From Monocercomonoides exilis PA203 (Eukaryota; Protista; Preaxostyla), in NCBI GenBank assembly GCA_001643675.2, contig LSRY02000001.1, positions 1,488,001 through 1,552,000 on the forward strand: a stretch of DNA of 64,000 nt. The letters run 5' to 3'. A program made the position numbers and the translations under genes. Each line of letters starts with the position of its first letter. Within the stretch, counting starts at the first letter, position 1. Below, piece by piece: positions 51,271 through 61,700 of the stretch. The notes under the pieces are model-generated. The model made no database searches and was not told where the DNA came from. It was given only the letters and a program-made list of their open reading frames with translations.

Positions 51271-52070
51271 TTACACATTCGCTCCAAGCCAACGGAATCC
51301 TTCTGTAAGTCCTTGACCAGTAAGAGCACAGCAACCTTGAATATGCCATTTTCGTGCTGATGGAAGTTCAGCAAGATCTAGCAAGCGTGCGACTTCTTCT
51401 GGCTTTGCAGCGCCTGTTATATCTTGCTTATTAGCCAAAATCAAAACTGGTGCATTTCTATTAAATGAGAAATTCATAAAGACAAGCTTGTTTTGCAAAA
51501 ATCAAAGCATACTCAAGATGAGGTGATTGAAGCACATGAGCTAATTCACAACGAGCACATTCGTCACATCCTTCAGCATGATTACAACGAATTCTCACTC
51601 GATCAGCACAATCAACAACATAAACTACAGCATTGCAACCTTCATAGTAATGTTCCTGGGAAATATTAACATGACGCATACACAAAAACAGTTTTATCTT
51701 TTACAAATATATTATGAATTGCTGTTCATACCCAAAGTGCTCTAAAATTGAAGCATTAATAAATTGTTATTTTGAAAAGCAAGATTCAAAAATACCTTAT
51801 TTTTTTTTGCCCACCAACATCCCAAATATTAAATTTAAGATTTTCGAATTGAACTTCTTCTACGTTAAATCCTAAAGTGGGATTGGACATCACATTTTCT
51901 CCAAGTTTTAGTCTATAAAGTACCTAGAAAAGATGGAAAAGGAGAAATGAGAACAAATAAATAACGTATCATACAGATGTTTTTCCTGCAGCATCGAGTC
52001 CAATCATAACTATTCTGGAAGGTTTTTTTGAAGTGAATTTAGCAAAAAACTTTGCTATTGTCAACCCCAT
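51271..52070 (-). CDS. ARF-family small GTPase, 5 exons including a 10-nt microexon
   Basis: MG N-terminus, [46 protein letters not shown]. Confidence 0.93.
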
Positions 52071-52748
52071 TTGTCTGGAAAAAAATATGCGCAAATATTC
52101 CAAAAAATATATGCAACAATAATTATATATTCATTTTAAAAAATAGCAATCATATTCAAAACTTTTATTTACAAAATTTTGGAAATTTATTTTTGATCCT
52201 ATTCCCTTATATATATCATTATTCAATCTACTTCAACAAACAATCAATAAATATTCCATGTATCAATAATAATTATTTTTAATCATCGAAACAAAAAAGG
52301 CAAAATTCACAAAATATTAAGTTAAAGCTTAAAATATTCCAACGAAATAATCAATGTTCTGGCTCTCGATCAATGAATAAAAAATACATCGACAATGCAA
52401 AAACATAAAAATGATCTAAAAAATTGTTTCAGCTTGAAAAAGCCATATGCTTATATTGCATTGTCATTTATCAATAAAATTTGAATTAAAAAAAATGGAG
52501 AAACAAAAAAAAAAAAGAAATATTTTTATTCGAAGAAAGCAAAGCAATCAATGAACAATTTCTATAATAAATTACAAATAAAACGAACTAAAAAAGAATG
52601 CTTTAACAAAATACTTTATAAACGATGCAAGGCTTCCAATAAACAGAGAAGAAACGAGTTGTATATTATTTAGATGCTAATAATCTCAGTAATCATAATT
52701 TGAAATCCGAAAAATCAATTCTGTTCAGTTTTCAATTATTATTTCTTG

Positions 52749-55700
52749 TTAGTTGCGATATGAACTCTTTCCTTCCTTTTTCCGTTTCTTTTTAATTTCG
52801 ATCAATTTCTTTGAGTGCTTTTCAAGCGTATTGAAACACCATTGTCTCAGAAGAGGTGAAGGAAGAGTACGATAAATAGCTGGAGAGAGTGATGATGTTA
52901 AGGAAATGCAAGGCTGAAGAAAGTATTTGTGCATTATTTCTGCAATTCGTATTGATTTAAAATCTACAATTCCTTGGAGCATGTTCATCGTTAGAGAAGT
53001 TAGCTCACCCAAAATGTCAATGGTTGGCAAATTCAGATTGTCAGATACCATTACATACTCAAACTCAGGATATTTTTTACCAATTGCATCATTAGAAGAT
53101 GCTGAGTCGCTTCCTGATTGCTTTTCTGAACCCGTTGCTCCATTAGCGCTGTCCTTTTCTGCTCTCTTCTGCTCCCCAACCATAACAGCAAGGGCAGCCA
53201 TCTTCTTTATGTGAAATTCTGTGCTTTTCCCTTCGGCCTTCTTTTTCTCCTCTCTCATTTTGTTCATGAGAAGCAGCTGCATAGGCACAGCAGCAGGAGA
53301 ATGAAAATCTTGGAGCGACCGCCAGACAGATGAAGAGGCAAGTGGAACGCTTTTCCCGTCTGAAGATTGCTGGTTCATTCCTCTTCTGGCGCTGCCCTTC
53401 TTTGCACCATATTGAAATTCACTCAGAAATGATTTCAGAATACGAGTAAAGGTCAAATAAGGAGTCCCTGTGTCGCTGGTCGCGAATTGCTGCTTGAAGA
53501 GCGTGCGGGCTGCACACAAGAAAGTGTTTCCTTCAACTGCACGTGTGGCGGATAGAACAACACGTGTAGTGGGAATAGTCAGGAAGGATTCAAGTGTGTA
53601 CTCCTCATCCAACGAATCTGCCAATGCATAACCTTTTTTGGTGTGTGCAATTGATGTGACTGTTGGCTGCCCCAGAAGGATATCCAACTGCTGATCAAGA
53701 ACCATGAATGAACTGGACAAGGCACTATCAACAGAGAGAGACGATTTAGCAGTTGTTTCGGCACGTGTTGAAATAAGTCTGTTTATCACATCTGAATTAG
53801 CAGATGTCAAAAAGCAAGGCAAGATTGTTTGAACTGTTTTAATTGATATTTCTTTGAGCTCAAGCTGTACCCACTCCTTGGCAGATGAAAACTCTTCATC
53901 TGTAGCTCGGACCATTAAAGATGACACACACAGCATTGCTCCACCATCAAAGTGCACATTAGCTTTGAGCCAGTTTTTGGCGAACTGAGAGACAGCAAGC
54001 TCAAATGATGCTCCAAGTGAGGCAATGGGAACTTCAGCACTTTCGTCCTTCGTCTTTTCTGATCCTGTAGCCGGTGAATAAGCATTGGATGATGCTGACT
54101 GAGAGCCAAGCCGATGAACAGATGAAGTTTTCGTTAGACTTGTCGATGAATGAATTGGAGTGGAAGGTGATGGATGGGTATTTGATTCACCAGGAAATAT
54201 TAAGTCTGAAATCGTTTTGTAAGGATTCGACAAAATGTTTTCAGGCGAGACGAATGATGAGTTCACACCCCGTGGAACAATATCCAAAAATCTTGACTCT
54301 GAATTTTGCATCAATTGGTATGGAAGCACTCCACTTATATCAGCTGAGCTTGATCTTAATTGCTTGTGCGCCAATTGTTCTGATCTTAATCTTGATTGAT
54401 AGCTTCCGCTGCCTGAAGAATATGCAGATTGAGATCTTCCTTGCCCTAACATTGCTCTCTTCTTTGGCTTTTCCTTTTCAGGTCTTTTTCTTTGCCTTAA
54501 TCTCGAAGAGCTATTGCTATCTTCTTCCAATGTGAAGGAATTACGAATGCTGCTCAGCTCTGACTCGCCTCTGCGAATCATATCTCCCTTCACAGAAACA
54601 AGAGCTGCATTCACTTGAGAAACCATCATCAGCACTTCGCTTTTGATAGATGCAACAGAAGAGATTAAAGTGGGTATTGTAAGTGACGACAGTGTAATTA
54701 CAACGCGATCAAAGAGAATTGGTAAGCAAGTAACAGTAAAAGAATTAACGAGTTGCATCTGCTGTTCAATAAGCATTTTTGAGCTTGGATAATCATATGT
54801 TTGTTTCACATTATCGTCAGATTGTTGTTCAGATTCCAAATGCAAAGGCGAAAGCGGAGTGGGAGGAGATGTGGCGGGAATGGTAGGAGAAACACCGCTT
54901 GATGGGGAAAAAGACCGTGGAATTGAAGGGGATTGATTCGATGAAGGCACATCCTGTTCAGCCAATATTGAACTCTGCTTGGAAGGAGTTGAAACGAAAA
55001 TCGGTTGCAATACTCTTTTTGCCGATGGAGAAGTAAATTCTGTTTCATTCTGTGTTTTTGCTGTGCTTGCTGGTGTTGCAGATGTTGGTGGAATTGCCGA
55101 TACGGTTGAATGATGACTTAACTGATTTATGCGCTTTTGTCCCTTTTGCATTTCTTTTAAGGCTAGTTGACCGTAAACGGAAGGATTCACCGAATTCATG
55201 TTAAGATTGACGCGAATATGGCTAATTGACGCATCCATCAGTGAATGAAGCGCAGAGTCCATTACAACTCCAATACTGTCAATGTCTGTAAACAGAACAC
55301 CACATCGATTGCCTTCAACTGTCACACCAAATGGCAAGCGCATCATTAACGAATGTAGAAGAGAAGAATGGTCCCATCCACGGCGCGCTGATGAATATGA
55401 GGCAGATTGAGAAGCTGCTTGAGGAGCAGGCTTTGATGTTCCAGTGATGTTGTCCAGAATCGTCTGGAGCGTTGAAGCGTCTCCAATTCCATAAACACCA
55501 TACGAAGGAGGACGATTTGCTCTATGCAGATCCTCTCTTGCATTGCACCGAATCCATGGAGATGGAATAACGTTGTTTATTGCATTGATATCATCATTGG
55601 TTATTCTCATTGGATCAAATTCTTGTGTTGACTCTGAAGGAGATAGTTCCTGTGGTTCTTTTTCTCCCTCCTTTTTTCTTCGTTGCATAACTTTCCTCAT

Positions 55701-58700
55701 CCTCACTTTGTTTTCGTGGTTTGGATCAGCAACACAAATAAGACGTTCAGAATATCCACATGGAATAATAAATACAGTGGGGATAAAGGCAGACACTCCA
55801 ATTTGAGCAATAGTAAAATCTGTTGTTAGAGAACCCTTGATTTTCAATGCAATACTTTCAACAGATGCAAATAGCAGTATTATTGGCTGCAATGATCGAT
55901 ACGCACTTGTTGCAGATGGAGATAGAGAAGACGATTGCTTAATGTTGGAAAGAGAATCATTTGAAAACAAAGAGTTGCTTTGCACAATTTGTTGAGACTG
56001 AACGCTTTCAATTGCTGTTAGAGATTCTTCAGAAACTTTCGTTGAATCAAGATGAGCGAATAAATTTACCATTGTTAATCTGAGTTGCTGCGGAGATGAT
56101 CCTTTCACCGGAGCTGTGTAGCTGCCTGAAATAATAAACGATCTTAGATTAATGCAGAATTCCCACGGTAATCGTTTCTTCTCCTTCTTTGTTCGTTCTT
56201 TTATTAAGGCTTCATAAGAAAGAGCTTCTTGTTCTTTCTGAGTTTGCTTGCCTCTGTCAGCTGATTCAAACAATGCATCTATTTGCTTGTACTTTCTGTT
56301 ATATGCATGTGTAGCCTCTTCTTCCTTTCGCTGAATTGAATCTGACCGGGCCCTATATTCTTCTGTTGCTGTTCCAGAAACGCTTTGCTTACGAGGCAAA
56401 CTGGACTCGTCCTTTGCTGTAAATGCTGAAATAAAGCGGGATACTGTCTTGAATATGGAGATGATTGGGGAGTAGTCTTCTAAGCTGATTGATTCGAAAG
56501 AAAAGGCACCAATCTCACCAGCCACATGAAGAAGAGGAGGAGGAATATCTGGATTGTATTCACAACTGTGAGGAACAGAGTATGTGGCATGGGCCATTGT
56601 GTTCTGTATTGCCAACGAAAAGGCATTCTTATCGGAAAATCTTCTCCCTGGCTTTGACGCTCGCAATACAGAAACATGAAACAGCGGTGCTGTGAGTGTA
56701 AACAGAGTGAGATTCATCCACATTTTGACGGGTCTGTAAGGTTCAGTTGAAGATTGAGAACTCGAAGAAGTTGCAGCTTCGGATTGTTCAGAGACAATCT
56801 CATTTTCATCTTCTGATGATTTCTCGTGTTGTTTGTGCCTCTTTTGATGCCTAAGTTGCTGTTGTTCGACATACTCCTCGTTTTCAGATGGGACAAACTT
56901 GTCTGATAAGCTGGCACTTTGCTCTTGTTGCATTTTTGAATCAGATACATTTCCACCATTTGCTTCATCTGCTGATGAATTAGCCTGCATTTGTGAAGAT
57001 GAGCTGGATGCTGCTTCTTCCAATAAGTCTTGCACTTCCTCATCCTCGTCCTCCGGTGAATCAAGTGAAAGACTGGAAATCGAAAATGAAGCATCCAATG
57101 ATGATTGTGGAAGCATTCTGATTGCACACGTTACACCATCATCACACCCAACAACCAGATCTTCCATCTCCACATGGAGTATAACTTGAACCGTTGTGCG
57201 CATTGACGGTGCTGGTTTAGACTCAGGTGGTGAAAGTGCATTTGATTGTTCGTTAGAAATCTTTGTAGAATCGGAAACAATGTCGGATGAAATCTTTTTA
57301 TTAGGAACCGAAGCAGAATAAGATTGAATAGAGGCAGAATACGATCCCTCATTTGGCTTTACAATTATATTTTGTTGATCAGCTTCTGAAGAAGCAAACT
57401 CTTGTAACTTTATCACAGGTGAAGGTTGTTGAATATTAATTGCTTCTGAACTATTCTTTGCTCCTTCTTGTTGAGCAATTTGATTCTGTCGAGAAGCAGA
57501 TGGCGAGGCTTCTTTGGAATTCGGGAATATGTTGTTCATCTGTTGCGATGGCTGCTTTTGCACAAAATGCAAACGATGCGCACGTGAAGTGCTTCTGTGA
57601 TGACCAATGGAAGGAAGAGGGTATAAAGGCGATGAAGCATATGGCAATTCATTTGGATTAATCATAAATTGTTTTTGAAGGGATGAAGGATCGCTCATAG
57701 AATGCACATAACTGTCCACAGAATGAAGAAGTATTTTCCTTTCGGCATATTCCTGCTCTTCATCCAATCTCATCAATCGTTTGATGTTAATTGCAACAAA
57801 ACAGTCTCTCAAATTCTGCTTTCTCTCCTTTGCAGCTGCTTTGATCATCCAACCGGCAACCATCGTTTGAGAGATCGAAAGAAGTGCAGCATCCACAAAA
57901 GTGCTTTGTAGCTCCAATTTTGATGGTGATCGAATATTGATAAAGGTAACCACATTTGCAGTTGATGGTTCTCTTGGTGCATTCTTTGCTGCAATGTCTG
58001 TGTCAGTGTTAAACGAGCTTGTTGTCAGACTTCCTGAACCATATCTTCCTCCGTCTTCGCTATTCGAAGCTGCATCAACGAACATCTGTGGAGCAGATTG
58101 TCCAGCTTTGGAACTTTCATCTTGATAGAAAAATGCATTTGTTTGCTTGTTTCCTTCAGTTGCTTGCTCTTTCCTAAGCATTTGAATGGTGACTTCATTT
58201 TCATCTTTGCTGTTTTCATTTGATTTTATAATTTTTCCTGGTTGCTGCGTTCCACTTGCTCGAATAATAACTTCTGGAGATAAAATTACATGTACAATAT
58301 TATACAGTCCGAATGCAGACACATTTGCAGGAAGCTTTCTCTGAGTTGTTGGAATAGGCATTCCGGATGATGTTGTTGGGCCAGCAAAACCTGTCAAATG
58401 GTCAAGTCCAAATTTCGAGTGAGGCATGTTTGTTTCTGTACTCAGCAAAGAAGGATGGAGAGAAATCGGAGAAATCAAAGCAATTTTTGTTGGAGACAAA
58501 TAGAACATTAAATTGACTTCGATTCGCCTGTCGCCAAATAGCGAAAATGATGGGAAATCAAAACTTTTTGCTGATGGAACAATCGAGACACCACTTGTTT
58601 CATATGTTATCTCAGTTTGCTTTTCGCCATTTCCATCTGTTGCACTTGTGAGAAGACCTTGTTCAGACAAAGCATTCGTCTCTTCGCAGGTTTGTCCTCC

Positions 58701-61700
58701 TGTCATGTTTGACGGAGCAAAACTTTTTACAGAAACCGGAGCTGTTGACAATGCCTCGCTTGATAACTTTTCTTGAATGATCGATGGTTGTTGCGAATTC
58801 CAGGTTGAACCTGACGCTATCGATGGGGATTTTTTGCGATATCTGGACAATTTACGATGGTGTCCATGTTTTACTGGTGGAGAAACGTTATCACGAATTG
58901 ACTTTGCAGCTGAGGAAATTGACAAATTGTGTGAAGATGCTTTCGATAACTGAGTTTCGGAAACAGAACTTATAAATGAGAAAGATGAGAGTCCAGTCTC
59001 TGACGTCTCTTCATCGGTGCTTTCTTCACTGGGCTGTTCACTTTCACTTTCTTTTTCTTCATCTGGTTCATTTCCGTCATTATCTTCATATAGAGAGGCT
59101 TTATCTGAAGCAGTATTTCCAGCAAATAATGGTTTAGAACCCCTTCCATCGGAGGGACCAGATATCGGTCCAGGAGTTGCACGACGTGATTGATTGGAGT
59201 CATTGCTCTCTTTCAGCAGCCTTCTGAACAATCGCTTTGTCTTCCAGCGATGCAGCACAACGTAAATCATTCCTTCAGAGATTGTATCTGTCCAACTCCT
59301 GATAATGGTTAGTATTTGCCGAGGAGCAGCAAGCTCACATGCCAATTCGACTCCAGATAATGCTATGTCTGAAGAAATCTTTCCATTTTTGTCGTTTATT
59401 CGAGCAACCAACTTTACAGTGGCCATTGGAATTAGGGCTCGACTCAGCCCAGCATCAGCAACCATTGGCTGCGTCAGTCCAGGAAGCACAACCATACGTT
59501 GAAAACCAGAATGTCCAGAACGTCGATTTTTGCTATCTGTCTGATATGAGTTTCCTCTTTGCTGTGACATCCTTTGTTTAGCCTGAAGTATCTTCTGCCT
59601 TTCTCTTGGATCGATTGGCAAAGCTCGAAGAGACATCAGCTCTGCATCAAGAGCTGATTCGCGCTTTGGTACCAACATGATTGATGTTCCAGCTCTTGCA
59701 AGCTGCTTCGCAGGCACAAGATATACAAAGACAGAGTTCAAGTTGAACAAAAACGATAGGAAAGTTCCCGATGTGAGCGGAGAGCCATTCATTTGTAGTT
59801 TTGATTTTCTTTCCTCATTGCTTTTGTCATTCTCCTGGAGGGTATCAGAAAAGATCGAGCCAAGCTCAGAAGTATGATCAGAGCTTTCTGTGTTACCCGA
59901 AGATGAAGAAAATGTGCCAGATGAAGAAAATAAACTCTCACTCGTTGGGTTTGTTGTATCGTAATACGAATCAATTGAATGTTCACTTGGAGACGACGTG
60001 TCCGAGCTGCTATCAGGATCCGAAGCTGTCTCTGTCATTATCTCTTCGTCATTGCGTAAAGCATTGCCACTTGAAAATCCACTGTCACTTGAAAGAAGCT
60101 GAGGTGGTTCATTATGAACTTCTCTGTTATTCAAAGTCATATCTTCCTCAATTGGCAAACGCTTATTTACTGATGAAGGATAATTCTGTAACCCTGTTGT
60201 TGAATTCGTTGCACTATTTGAAGACAATGCTGAAAATGGTGTGCAACTGTAAGACTCCGTATGAGGGAAAGAAAAAGCTGAATGTTCAGCATTTGGACGT
60301 AATTGAGATCCATAATTGTTTGTCATCGATGACTGACTTTCAGATAGTGTTCCAACTGAATGCGACGGATGGAGTGTTCCAGTTGAACTGTCGTCATCTC
60401 TGATTTCAACTCTTTTCCCAAATGAAACTGCACACGACAGACTTGTGAAGCCGAGAATGGCAGGCACAGGTGTCAGCCGAGGCAAAGTTCCAGGTCGTAG
60501 AGGAAGAGGCTCAACAGGAGAACCATCTGGAGTTGGAGAAGATGGTGATGGGGATGAAGAAGAAATAGAAGATGCCATCGCAGAAAAAGGTGGAGGGGAC
60601 GCCACCACTGATCCCAATGAAGAACGCCCTCTCAGCGAATGGCGCATTAAAACAGGAGAATAATTCTGATGACGACGATGCAAATCGGATATAATCGAAT
60701 CGAGTGATCCATCATGTTTAGCAATCCAAGGTGCCATCGAAGATACAATGGTAGCAGTTACATTTGTAATGTTCAGAGAAAATACAGTAAATGTTGTCAC
60801 ATACATAACACGAGGCTGAACAGACTCAGAAAATGAAGATTGGAGATTGTCAGACATCGCTGGAGAAGTATCAGAAGATGTGGACAATGAAGATGGAGTA
60901 TGGTTGTGGAGAGAAGATGAAAGAACCTGAGGACGCGGAGGAAGAGGAGAGGTGAAAAACGATGTTTTTGAGCGAGTCGAATCGCTGCCTGTTGTCAGCC
61001 GCAAGTTCGCTTTTGAATTATAGTTTGTATTCAACAATGATGTCAGATTCAGATTTTTTGTTGAAATCTTTCCGTTTTCAATAAAACGAGGACTGCTCAA
61101 TGGCTCCTTGAGCGTCTTATTTGAGGGGGCAGTTTTCTGACCAAGAGATGAAGAAGCATCATTCCTGTTTTTCTCGGCTTTCTTTTTCTTTTTCCACTTT
61201 TCTTTCTTCGATGAGTTTCTAAATGTTTCCAAAATTGTTTCATATCTTTGTACCATTATTTGGAGCAATGAAACAGCACTTGGTAATAAAGTGGCTGCCA
61301 CATCGGTAATATCAGCCCGATACAAATCTCTTGTTTGAACATGCTCACATGCCAATTTCGATGCCCCAGCTGCAGCTTCTCTTGGGCTTTGAATGGATGG
61401 AGACATTGACAATGCACCAGAAGTCTGAGGATATTGTGCAGACTCTTTGACAGAAAGAGGAGAGCTTTTCCTTGAGTTCTTTGACTGGTCCTGTGGAAGC
61501 TTCTTCGAAGAAGATTTTGGTGTTCGTTTTTGTTGTGTTGCTTTGACGGCTATTTGTGTTGAGTTTGCTTTTGGATCATTTGAAAGCTTTTCATGTGCAA
61601 GTTTTTCTACTTCAATTGACATCTTGACGATTGCCAGTGTGCTGTTCAACAGGAATTGAGGAGATGTTAAGAATGCTCTGATGTCATCCTGTGTCCACAT

